This document shows positions 38,751-51,012 of a DNA stretch of 64,000 nt, piece after piece. Below the pieces are notes generated by a model that saw only the letters and a program-made list of their open reading frames with translations, was not told the DNA's origin and did not search any database. Source of the DNA: Laetmonice hystrix (Eukaryota). How positions within the stretch are numbered: position 1 is the first letter of the stretch; each line of letters starts with the position of its first letter. The stretch covers positions 23,436,001-23,500,000 of the forward strand of contig OZ249438.1 in the NCBI GenBank assembly GCA_965235115.1, read 5' to 3'. Both the position numbers and the translations under genes were made by a program.

Positions 38751-41700
38751 CTAACTATCAGCAATCTCATGTACCTTAGGGAGATTTACTGGTTTATCAG
38801 GAGGACGTTAATACATCTGGGCTGATTATTTAAGAGCGGCTCATATTTCCTGACAGCTTGACGGCGAAGATGAATCAGCAAGGCCAGTTTTCGAGGCGCG
38901 AAGACAAGCCAGAATACCACAGGGACAGACAGCCAAACTCGGGACGGGCGGCCATCTTGAAACCGAACCCGCCAGCGACATGGGTTCGTTTTGATGCCGC
39001 GTTAGAAAGCGCAATTAATCTCTGCCTACCTGCTCCTAATTAGGCCTGTTACGCTCGCTGTCACCACCATCATAATTGATGAAATATGCACAGCAGACAA
39101 CTATTGGAACAACAGCTGTCAGTGTTTGGGAGGAACCGTCCGTCTAATTGTAAAGGAGTTGCCTGAGGGATTTTACCTGCTACCTGCGTCTGTTCTGCCG
39201 CTGACGGAATGAGTTGAGATTTATCTCTGATGCTAACTTTGAAACACAAGCCATGTGATTGCCGCATCCAAATTGCCCACATAAACACTATCTCCCCTGG
39301 ATGAATATTGAATGACAGCTACTTAGAGAAGTGAATGCGCGCGTTTGACATTTTACTCCCACGGCGAAAGAAACGGATTCAACAGAAGACGACTGAATGG
39401 GCACAAATAGTTACCCGAGACGGACTGTGTTTTCATATTCACATGTCCGACCAAATTACTTGCAGTCGTGTAAGTGCGCATACGTCTCGCTTTACATGGT
39501 GTCCACACAGTGTCTGTAACAAAAGTATTGGGCACGGCATCACTGACCAAACCTTCTAAAACCATTAAAAAGTGAAATTTAAATTGAAATCTTTCCACGT
39601 AATTGAATATTACTATATCTATACACTGATCAGTTTCAGTTCTGATTCTATTTCTAGGAAGCTGCTGTTGAATTCGAACATTTTGAAGTTTAGTTATACT
39701 TTCCAGAACCAATTCACTGATGGGTACAGGCAAGGTTACCGGCGAAGTAGATATGATATATAAATTGTTTACACTGCTAGCGAAACAGACAATCAATGTT
39801 AATATACACTTATGTCTTTGAAAAGTACGCTTTTCATCATTGTGTATGGTCATGAACGAAGCTACAGTATTGCCTTTAAAAAACAGGTTGAGCATGGGGA
39901 AAAGAACAATTGGCCAAAAAAGTGAATTACTTTTATTGAAAACACCCGAAAAGCGAGAGGTTAACAAAATAGGTACCCCCTCATTAGTATTACACTTTAT
40001 CTGTATTAATCCTAATAAATGTACTTCATTGACGCAGATGTAGCCTATCATATATCCATAAAGAGAGTCCTAGAGCAAACGGATGGATTGGAACATTAAA
40101 ACATGTTAAATAGACCATTCAATAAATATTACGATGACGATTGCATGGAAAACAGCCAAGATGAAATGTTATATCCGATATAGCAGTAATATATATGTAT
40201 TATAAAAGAAACTTTTTCCTCGCCATATAATTCTGACTGAGTCATGTACAATGTACTACATTTTGTTGAGTATTCTCTGTGTGCCGACCTCCCTCATTGT
40301 TTGCCCTTTCCAAAACAATTCATTCGGATACTGGGTGTCTGTATAGATGGTGTTGTATTCTGATTGGAACAAAATACCAAGTAATCAGCACAGAAGCGTG
40401 TCATTCCATCGGCCCGACGAACGTTCTGCACAGGCTCTTAAATACAACTTGTTTATAAAAACAATGCTCCTCAGTATCCATTGAGCGCCGACTCGCGTTT
40501 CCAGCCAACACGATATAACAATTTTATCGGGTTATTAATCCCTGGAAATTATCTCTTCCTTCCTCGACGCCAAATGAAGCAGTGTCTGTTACAGGTAAGT
40601 CACGTTCGAATATAGAGATTACCCGATTGTGAGTCCAGAGTATTAAAGCTGTCTTCTGAAATGCTTTCGCATGAAAAAAATCGAAATAGAAAGTTTGTGG
40701 TTTCGTTAGAAGATTAAAATTAACTGCACTGTTGTTTTTGTTGTTCGTGCCGTTCGGGGGTAGACAACTTACAGTATAGACCTACAATGGGAACATTTTC
40801 AAAGGAAATGGTCCGTGATTTATCTACGCAGTAAGTTCGTTTTTTATTTACAATATCATGAGTCATGATAATGACAGCACATCTTGGTAAAGTTCTACTT
40901 ATAAAGCTGGATTGATGTTTGCCTGCACCTCATCGACATTTAAAGAACATCAACCCTCAGTCAAAACTACGGGCTGTAAACGTTTATAAATTGATAAAGG
41001 GCTCGCTTATCCTTCTACAAATCGTTGATTGGGTGTGAGCGGGTCAGACCATGCATACATCCGTGAAATGAAAGAGAACGTTGCGTTTATTAGTGACGTG
41101 TCCAGTCTTGGTGGCGCCCAGACACTGATTCCTGATTCTAATGTATACTGATTGTCGAGAACATGACGTCGGCCTATATAGAGACAGAGGTGGCTTGTAG
41201 AATTGACGGGTAAAGTTCACCTCATGGGCGTCGGCTAACTACCGGCTTGGTGTAGACATCGCATCAACCGGAAGTAATGATTTGGGCGCGAGTGTCGGCG
41301 AGTCATCACCAATCAGAGTCCGCCAGGCGGCTACCTCATAAAATCGACGGCAATGGAGCAAATGCTGCGACAGAAAGGCAAAGTTCCCCCATGAGGGAAC
41401 CCCTTTCTTTACCCATCTGCTGTGAATTATGGTTGCTGTATTTGGCGGGGCTTGGGTCGCGTGCAGGAAAGGGTGGCGGCCACGGCCCCTAACAATAGTT
41501 CCGCCGATGGACACACAATAGCGGCCAAATTACCACCGTGAAAGTCTCGTGGCGCGCCCACCTGAGCCTGCGCGGACGGCTCTCTCAGTATGGACGCTAT
41601 TTGTTTCAGGATACCAGACAGCTCAAGTAATATCCTCGAGAATATCTCTTATTATCAGAACCATTCTTGTTGGTGTCGTAAGAGCAGGGCGGCACTGAAT

Positions 41701-42441
41701 ACAACCATTACACCGCCATAAGAACATTGCGTGTTTGTAAGGTTGGGAGGAAGTTAGTTATGTCGATGGCCGACAGGTGGACGCGTGGGCATACTCGGCA
41801 TTATTTGTTGTGTCAACGAAAGCCAATGGGGACCGTTCTTACAAAAAAAAACCTGCACGTATCTGGCGGCAACGTTTCCTCCCATCAACCTCTGACCAAG
41901 GACTTGTGCTGTGGGCCGTCCCGCCCGGCCGCCTACCGCTCCGTTCAATATGTCACTCTCTTGTTCACCGACCTGAAGCTGCTTCACTTAATCTGTTTTA
42001 AGTAAGTCGACCGTAATAAATGGCTTTCTTGTCTGCTTGTCTCTCAGCTTCCACTACCGACCAGTCACGCATCCTGGTGTCTAACAAATAATTCTCAGCC
42101 TATTTGAATGGAGTTCGATTCAGCGCAGGGTGATGTCCGCTTGTTACGTGATATTACGTAAACGCCATGAATTAGCAGACCAGCCTACCCCAATGAGAAA
42201 GTAGCCTGGGAAGTTCTTATAGTCATCAACCATCGGTATAATGGATATTTTATAGTTGGGCATTTGTACATGTATGTTCAGGTATACATACAAATTATGG
42301 GTGTCGGAACTGAGGGGCGGGGTGGGGGGGGGGTGCCCTTCAATACCTAGAACCGCTCTTGTCAAGGCATAAGCTAACCAGAGATGGACGCCTCCTAGCT
42401 TCAAGCTTGCCCCCCTCCAACTATATCAATAGCCTCCGATA

Positions 42442-42844
42442 CAGAGGCGTATCAATGGGGGGGGGGGGGGGCTGGGGGCACGTGCCCCCCCCCCCATTCG
42501 AGGTGCGTCCCCCCGCCCCCCATGCACTCAGAATTCTGAAACCTCAAATCTGACTCTGACGATAACATGTGTGCCCCCTCAAGTTGTCGTGCACCCCCTG
42601 AGGTTATTCCCCCATGAAAACTTCGCCACACAATATTTAGGCAGGGGTTCGGGTTAAGGCCAGGGATAGGATATGTTATAGGTTAGAGCTATGTTTTTGA
42701 GAGGTATAGGGACGGGTTTAGGGGTTAGGGACAAGATCACGGCTATGGATATTACTTTCTACCAAATTTCGTGGGGTTTAAGTTATCAGGGGCGATGTAC
42801 CCCACGGTGCCCCCCTGCAGTCCGGACCTATAGCTACGCCACTG
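42442..42844. mobile_element. Non-autonomous DNA transposon (MITE) with 8-bp TSD, hAT-like
   Basis: Ends CAGAGGCGTATC / GCTACGCCACTG (10 of 12 complementary), flanked by CTCCGATA (42434-42441) and CTCCGACA (42845-42852); G15 and C-runs inside the ends. Confidence 0.75.
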
Positions 42845-43540
42845 CTCCGACACCCCTGAAAATATATCGATCACATGTTAAATATACATTTAACTTGGTA
42901 TCAAGACGTACATATATCTTCGTATGTGTATGCACGTACCTATACCTAGGTACTTGCATAGGATATACCTAGGCTTACATGCACATAGGCCCACAGGAGG
43001 GCAGACTCGAAGCAGGCAGGTATATGCAGGCAAGAAAGTAGGCCTACATGTATAAGGAAGCAGTGAAAGTCGCAGAAAGTTGACGAACAAATAAACGCTA
43101 CACCACTTGACGTTGACGTCTACACATCTAAGAATCGATAAACATTGTCTTGTTGTCCTCCCCACAATACCGCCACTTGACTGGCCGTCCTGGGTCCTAT
43201 GTGTCCCGATGCCTCTCTCCCGGCCCGATCAATGCACCGAGTCCGGCGAACAATGCCGCTAGGACACGGGCAGGGCCGGCCCGTGTCGACCAGCTCGGGT
43301 TCGGGCCACATCGTCTTCTGTTACCGCCTCGTGCCGGCAAAACGCCCGAGACAAGAGCTCCTCCTCTACAAACACCGATCAGGTTCGCCTCAGCTCCGTT
43401 TCAGTTTCAGCCTCACCGCGGAAACACGGGTCCTGTTTCACGACGGCACGGAGTTTCGTCAGGTTATCATCCGGCAAACTTTACTAACCGCCGTGGCACA
43501 TGGCCAGTGGCCAGGTTTGTCAGAGCCTGGCCGGCGCCCC

Positions 43541-43877
43541 AGAAGGTTTGGGACAAACTTTAGGGAGGCTGAGGGACAGAAAGTTTGGGACAAACTTTAG
43601 GTAGGTTGAGGGACAGAAAGTTCGGGACAAACTTTAGATAGGTTGAGGGACAGAAAGTTCGGGACAAACTTTAGGTACGTTGAGGGACAGAAAGTTTGGT
43701 ACAAACTTTAGGTACGTTGAGGGACAGAAAGTTTGAGACACACTTTAGGTAGGTTGAGGGACAGAAAGTTCGGGACAAACTTAAGATACGTTGAGGGACA
43801 GAAAGTTTGGGACAAACTTTACGTACGTTGAGGGACAGAAAGTTTGGTACAAACTTTACGTATACGTTGAGAGACAG
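43541..43877. repeat. Minisatellite, 37-bp unit x ~9 (gagggacagaaagtttgggacaaactttaggtaggtt) with internal hairpin AAAGTTTG-GGA-CAAACTTT
   Basis: Units at 43571, 43608, 43645, 43682, 43719, 43756, 43793, 43830 plus a partial lead-in. Confidence 0.96.
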
Positions 43878-44123
43878 CATGTCTATAACCTTGACTGAAC
43901 GCGGGCAGCGTCACCGCTTTGCTAAAAACACCCGTCAATATGTTCTGTATGGCCTTTGTTCCAGATTTTGCTGCATTTTTATGAATGCACGGAATCGCCT
44001 TGATCTGCAATATTTTACTTTTCTCAGGTATCCCACCGAAAAGTTTCCTCTTGTAAAAAAAATCGACTCACAGGAAATAACAGACCCCCACATGATATTT
44101 TGCAATTTTACGAGTTTTTTTGG

Positions 44124-45307
44124 GAGTGATGTCAGGACTCACACTACCGGCGGCTACACCAACACGGATAGGACAGGTTGGTCGAGTGATGTCAGCACTC
44201 ACACTACCGGCGGGTGGTGTCATACACCAACACGAATAGGACAGGTTGGTCGAGTGATGTCAGGCCTCACACTACCGGCGGGTGGTGTCATACACCAACA
44301 CGGATAGGACAGGTTGGTCCAGTGATGTCAGGACTCACACTACCGGCGGGTGGTGTCATACACCAACACGGATAGGACAGGTTGGTCGAGTGATGTCAGG
44401 CCTCACACTACCGGCGGGTGGTGTCATACACCAACACGGATAGGACAGGCTGGTCGAGTGATGTCAGGACTCACACTACCGGCGGGTGGTGTCATACACC
44501 AACACGGATAGGACAGGCTGGTCGAGTGATGTCAGGACTCACACTACCGGCGGGTGGTGTCATACACAGTGACCAACACGGATAGGACAGGTTGGTCGAG
44601 TGATGTCAGGACTCACACTACCGGCGGGTGGTGTCATGCACAGTGACCAACACGGATAGGACTGGTTGGTCCAGTGATGTCAGGCCTCACACTACCGGCG
44701 GGTGGTGTCATACACCAACACGGATAGGACAGGTTGGTCGAGTGATGTCAGCACTCACACTACCGGCGGGTGGTGTCATACACCGACACGGATAGGACAG
44801 GTTGGTCGAGTGATGTCAGGACTCACACTACCGGCGGGTGGTGTCATACACCAACACGGATAGGACAGGTTGGTCCAGTGATGTCAGCACTCACACTACC
44901 GGCGGGTGGTGTCATACACCAACACGGATAGGACAGGTTGGTCGAGTGATGTCAGCACTCACACTACCGGCGGGTGGTGTCATACACCAACACGGATAGG
45001 ACATGTTGGTCGAGTGATGTCAGGACTCACACTACCGGCGGGTGGTGTCATACACAGTGACCAACACGGATAGGACAGGTTGGTCCAGTGATGTCAGGAC
45101 TCACACTACCGGCGGGTGGTGTCATACACCAACACGGATAGGACAGGTTGGTCGAGTGATGTCAGCACTCACACTACCGGCGGGTGGTGTCATACACCAA
45201 CACGGATAGGACAGGTTGGTCGAGTGATGTCAGGCCTCACACTACCGGCGGGTGGTGTCATACACAGTGACCAACACGGATAGGACAGGTTGGTCCAGTG
45301 ATGTCAT
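44124..45307. repeat. Minisatellite, 68-bp unit (74 bp when carrying an agtgac insert) x ~17.5
   Basis: gtgatgtc recurs 18 times from 44126 to 45298; four units carry the 6-bp insert. Confidence 0.98.
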
Positions 45308-47370
45308 GACTTACATTACCGGCTTACAGATGGCGCTGTATATCCTGGTACAATCTGTTACCAAACCACTCACTGACCCCAGCTATTCAACTGTTTCACG
45401 TAAGGAAATAATTCTCACAACACAGAAAGGATAATTTACGCAATTATTTGGAAACCTCTATTATTGAAATGGCAGAAATAGTAAATAATTTAATTTGAAA
45501 CTATCTCGCTCCTTTGACTTAGAGTTTTCTTTACAGGCCAAAATGCTAATTCATGACCTATTAATCTTGGATCTCTGTGACATCTGTGATCAAGAGAGCA
45601 CTTTCTCAACCCCCAATAGTAATTATTTTCAATGCCGATTTATCAATTGTAGGACAAGAACCAAAGTAACAGATTAATGAGACTTTACAGACAATATGAC
45701 CATCGTTAAGGACTAAGTGATGGCAAAGTCAGACCTTTAAAAATGCGAAGAAAAATAATTCAACGAAGTGGTGTTATGTTACTCGTGAAACTTGGAGATT
45801 ACATGCATTTTTATTTAAGAAGTGATAGATTTACATACAAATTGCAGTCCTATATGGGGGCTGTGGCACACTAAACATCCACTGTTATTCACATGACTTG
45901 TCACTCGGTAATTGCTCGCGTTTTCTTCATGAAATGTGAAGGAAACCGACACCTTCTTAGGAGAGAGTATAACTTTTTTAAATGAGAATTTGTCGCGTTC
46001 GCTATAAAATTCAGTATACAACGGAACGAACAATGGGCGCACTTCAAGATTTCTTGTTGAAAAACATGTTGCAGTCCTGGAGGCAACAATGGGGCGAGAC
46101 ACGACAGGTATCCGTTTGCATGTTCCATCATTCGAAAGCAATTTGGAATAACCAAACTATAAAGAATTACCTCCAATGGAGTTGCCTGAGAAAATGGCTC
46201 ATTTTTATGTGCTTCTCACAAAGAAACTCTATGCAGGAGGCTTCCGACCGACCGCCGTGTGCTCACTGAAAGTTAAAACATGATGGGAATGATGAAATCA
46301 TTAACAGATCGGCAGGTTTGTCATCTCCACGGTCAGTACCAGTTGCATGTACGTGGGAACTGCGCAGACGGGGACGGTGCCCTTGCAGGTCAGCCCCTGC
46401 AGGCCGGGAGCACGACCCGAAGGCTCCAGGACGACTACAGGCCCGACCTGCTCACCCCGTCACCTGCCGCCCACAAGGCGACGCTAGGATTACTTTACAA
46501 ACCGACAAAGACGCCGCCATTGTTTCATCCACCGCCAGAACCATATCCCCGACTTTCAGACATGCCACGCCAAAGCATGATCGTGGTGAAGACCCCGGCC
46601 AGCTCGCCGCCGGTCAGTGTCCCGCCGCTGGCTGTTTGTACAAGCCGGTGGTAACCATGGTCGATTATTACACCCACAATGATTACGCTACAGGTAATAA
46701 CGGTGAAACAGGCAACAGTATCGTAAAGCACGTCACGCAAGGCAACCGTGCGCGATTAGGCGGGGCGATCTCTTCCCTCCCGCTCTCACCCCCCCCCACA
46801 CCCTTGGTTAAAAAAACAAAACACAGTAGGGGGTGTCAGGTGAGAATGGTGTGATGAATTCGGCACACCTGTTCCCGCCCATTAATGGTCCGGACGTGAC
46901 ACATTCAGACAGGTATGGAGCGGTCGTTCGATCCCTCATCCCCGGCCATGATCAAAGCACGTGTCACTGAGAGTGCCGTGGTTTCAGCCTTAATGGACCA
47001 GGACCACCGCACACCACAGGCTAATCATAGTGCCCTCATTCTGTGGGTGTACTTACACGGGATTCAAATAATCATCATCGGCCTAGGACACACATACCCG
47101 AAAAGGACAATAATAATAAATACAATCCACTCATTAATACACACAAAAATACAACGAACATGAAAAGTTGTGTGGATTAGTTCCACAGTTGCTCACCAGG
47201 CGGACCTCACGGTCCGGATCCAAGCCATGAGTAGAACTAGAGATATTTCTAAGCTTTGGGTGATCGACCGGCTGAAATTTACCACACTCTAGGCAGGCTG
47301 TTTGTATGTTAGATGAAGGATACAATTAGACCTTACGTACTGTTCTTCTACCCTCCTTAAACTGGGATAG

Positions 47371-47740
47371 TGTGATACCAAGTCCTTACCCGACCAAGGT
47401 CACCGTTACCAAGTCCTTACCCGACACATCACAAACTGTGATACCAAGTCCTTACCCGACCAAGGTCACCGTTACCAAGTCCTTACCGGACACATCACAA
47501 AACTGTGATACCAAGTCCTTACCCGACACATCACAAACTGTGATACCAAGTCCTTACCCGACACATCACAAACTGTGATACCAAGTCCTTACCCGACACA
47601 TCACAAACTGTGATACCAAGTCCTTACCCGACACATCACAAACTGTGATACCAAGTCCTTACCCGACCAAGGTCACCGTTACCAAGTCCTTACCCGACCA
47701 AGGTCACCGTTACCAAGTCCTTACCCGACACATCTCAAAC
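47371..47740. repeat. Two-variant minisatellite: 18-bp core accaagtccttacccgac x 11 with 17-bp or 13-bp linkers
   Basis: Cores at 47377, 47408, 47443, 47474, 47510, 47545, 47580, 47615, 47650, 47681, 47712. Confidence 0.96.
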
Positions 47741-49389
47741 CACCCCACATCTTGCCCAAAGATATAGACGCAGGAACTCGACGACCTCCTCAAGTAATAA
47801 GTATTTTTTTACCTATGTGCTATGTCTATTTGGCAACAATCACTACTCTTGTTGATCTCGCACCTCGCACACTCGGAATGAAAGATAAACATTTGAAATA
47901 CTACATCCCTGCCATCCCATTGAGCACGGACCCGGCCCACAGGAACCTAGACCCCGTCTGTTGGCGAAGGGCTAATACCTGTTACCTCAGACTGCCCAAC
48001 ATAATGGGACGACATTATACTGAGGGTGCGAACAAAACAACCCCCACGTCGTTCATTAATTAGAATCGGTGCATGTAATTGTCCAGTTACTGGCGTGTCG
48101 TACGCCTGGGAGCGGTGGCGGACCGGACTGACTATTATAGGATGTAACGGGAGGAGACGATGGGCGGGCCGGAGACCGGGGGGAGGGACGGACACCGCCC
48201 GGCGCCTGGATAGCTGAGGTGGACAGCGGTCACCTGCTGACTCCCACAGACACACCCCGCCAATGTCACAAACATAGCCTCTGACAACTTAATAAAAGGG
48301 ACAGTACTAATCACTGCTCGAAATAGACATGTAATCGATGCCTCGGCAAACTTTTGTCAATGATGTGGATGCGGCCATACATCCAGCTGCTTCCTGTAGA
48401 ACCGTGCCGTATAGCACAGAAATGAGAAGCAAGGTGATAGCGACGCTCACGCGTGCTGCCTGGACGTGACGCTAATAAGTAACTATACGTGTAAACTGAC
48501 CGATGGCAAGCGTCACTGTCAGCATGGACACTGGGTACGGCACTGCAACTGGGAGACACCGTGACAATGAGAGCGGTACACGAACAACGATTGTTATCAA
48601 CTGGTACCGCCCTGGATGCCAAATCCAACCACCCACTCTCGTCTTAAAGGTCACCAATTCCCATCTTTGTTCTATGGACGATTCTTCTGTACCCGTTCCA
48701 CACTGTTTACCTGGTTCCAGAAACGACCAATCAGCACAATTATCTGAACCGGCAGACACCAAAAGACATCACTCGAGAACAAAGGACAATTGCCATTGAA
48801 TGTCGCTTATACGAATAGTCAGTCATTAGGATATAACAAAGAAGGGCTTTGGTGAAGGTTGGAAGTTTTGCCCTGTTGCTATGCCGACCCTCGACCAGAT
48901 TAATCTTCAGTTCCTGCCCGTTTCTTTCTCCATCTATTGCCATCGATGTAGTCTAAAAGGCATCCCTTGATCATTCCCATACTCTAATACGCACACAGAA
49001 AATAGCAATCAAGAAAGCATTCATGTGAAATTTGAGATCGGCTTTTCAATGCCCTTGCCACGAGTGCTCCACAGGCCAGCCAATTTTACCATGGTGTGCC
49101 CACATGGGACCCTGTCTATGAGGCGAACATGGCTTACAGTGAGTAGTACAGAAATCTGTGCGGCGAATTTCGAGGAGACACCAACGGGAAAATGGCGGCG
49201 GGAGCGGTTGCCACATGGCTGCCTCTTCAACACATTAGCACTAATCCGAAAATGATGATTCTTAGAATCTTAACAATGCCAGATTGAGTAACCTAATACA
49301 CTCTCATCACATCCCACAGTTGGCCGGCTCTTTTGAATAGTTGAACAATAACGGACAGGAACCGCATGATAACTTCAAACTTTCAACAC

Positions 49390-49500
49390 CAGGTGCCAAC
49401 AGATCATAACCATCCAGGCGGAAAATATCCATATCCGAATCTCATCAAGCCATTCAGGTTACCCTGTCTATAAGCCAAGGAGATCTGCTGTATTCAAGAA
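49390..49500 (-). mobile_element. Possible decayed LINE (CR1/L2-like) APE endonuclease fragment
   Basis: Minus strand with stops and a frameshift: ADLLGL*TG*PEWLDE / SDMDIFRLDGYDL, similar to the remembered D.I.LTETWL...D....L.GY motif. Confidence 0.35.
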
Positions 49501-50563
49501 ACACCATTAGGAATGCTGCTTTGACATGGTCTGAGTTTGTTTAAAGGGAAATGAGGTCCCGGTTCCCCTGAGATCGGCGGATTAGAGGGGGGTGAGGAGT
49601 CCATGGCGAGGGTTCCCGTGAAGGTCGTGAAAGCGTACCATACACTGAGTGCAGAATAAGTGCTGCTGTTAGAGTTCATCATAAAGAGCTCATCTGAGAG
49701 GGAGGTTCCCTCTCACAATTAATACAAGGTCTGTATTTTTGGCCAAATTACGAATATTTTGTTTCACATGAAACGCAGTCAAACAACCGGACCACTGTTT
49801 AAAACTTTTACCTGAACCAGTTACGTTCGGAGATCCTCTCTATACACATGTTTTAAAATCTCTCAGTTCATTTGAGATTGTCCAGGGATCGGGGTCATGC
49901 AGGCCGGGATCGTAACCACTTTGTGTGCGCGTTTGCCCATTTTGCCCACCAGGTTTTCCCTGCTGGGAGCAAATTAACTGTTAATATCTTTGTAGTCTTC
50001 GCTTGGCCAGAAGTCTGTCTGTGACTGGTTCATGATTCAATGAATGTGGTTCTCTTGGTGATGTGCATGATGGACGCTGTGGTCGGATATCTCTGTCATT
50101 GAGAGTTTTGTCGGCAATCACGGACTGTACATCGGAAAAATGTTGTCTGACTTTTGAAAGTCGCGTCTCGGGGATGTGGCGCGCGTGGCTACGCGTCTCA
50201 CGTTGACAAGACGCTGCAATCAGCGACCAGAGATGCTTTGATGGCTCGTGCGCACCATATAATAAAGGAACGCAGCCACCGTTTCATACACATTCGGCTA
50301 GAATTTCCAATTACCCGTCGTACCCGCTGCGGTAGAAGCCACTAGGTAATTAGAGCATAAGTCGAGATGGAAGGGCCCTGTAGGCCCGCAGATGCTTGGG
50401 GTGCCTTAGTGCTGACCGGGTGGATAGTCTAGCTGCCGACAAGGGTCAGGTCATCCAAAAGAGCCACCGACCATAAACGTAGCTTTTATTTCCTGTGTGG
50501 CGTCTTTGATTGGTGGAATCCTCACTCGCACGACGCGTGCGGGCGTGTGGCAACATAACAACA

Positions 50564-51012
50564 CCGGTGTAAACTATTGTGCTAGGTTATTACACTGTGT
50601 GTAGGTCTGTAAACCGGTGTAAACTATTGTGCTAGGTTATTACACTCTATGTAGGTCTGTAAACCGATGTAAACTATTGTGCTATAGTTATTACACTCTA
50701 TGTAGGTCTGTAAACCGGTGTAAACTATTGTGCTAGGTTATTACACTGGGTGTAGGTCTGTAAACCGATGTAAACTATTGTGCTAGGTTATTACACTGTG
50801 TGTAGGTCTGTAAACCGGTGTAAACTATTGTGCTAGGTTATTACACTGTGTGTAGGTCTGTAAACCGGTGTAAACTATTGTGCTAGGTTAGTACACTGTG
50901 TGTAGGTCTGTAAACCGGTGTAAACTATTGTGCTAGGTTATTACACTGTGTGTAGGTCTGTAAACCGGTGTAAACTATTGTGCTAGGTTATTACACTGTG
51001 TGTAGGTCTCTA
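50564..51012. repeat. Minisatellite, 50-bp unit x 9 (ccggtgtaaactattgtgctaggttattacactgtgtgtaggtctgtaaa)
   Basis: Units at 50564, 50614, 50664, 50715, 50765, 50815, 50865, 50915, 50965. Confidence 0.97.

Noticed and set aside
40454-40600. TATA + Inr + CAG|GTAAGT as a first exon
   Set aside because: TATA-Inr spacing is 19 bp rather than ~30, a perfect donor 9-mer is expected about 0.5 times per window, and no second exon was found.
46280-46854. Overlapping 124- and 178-aa ORFs in a GC-rich island
   Set aside because: High GC explains the lack of stops; no family similarity and no convincing acceptor.
43541-47740. CRISPR array interpretation of the 37-bp and 18-bp-core arrays
   Set aside because: Spacers are not unique, no cas genes or leader, and the context is spliced eukaryotic DNA.
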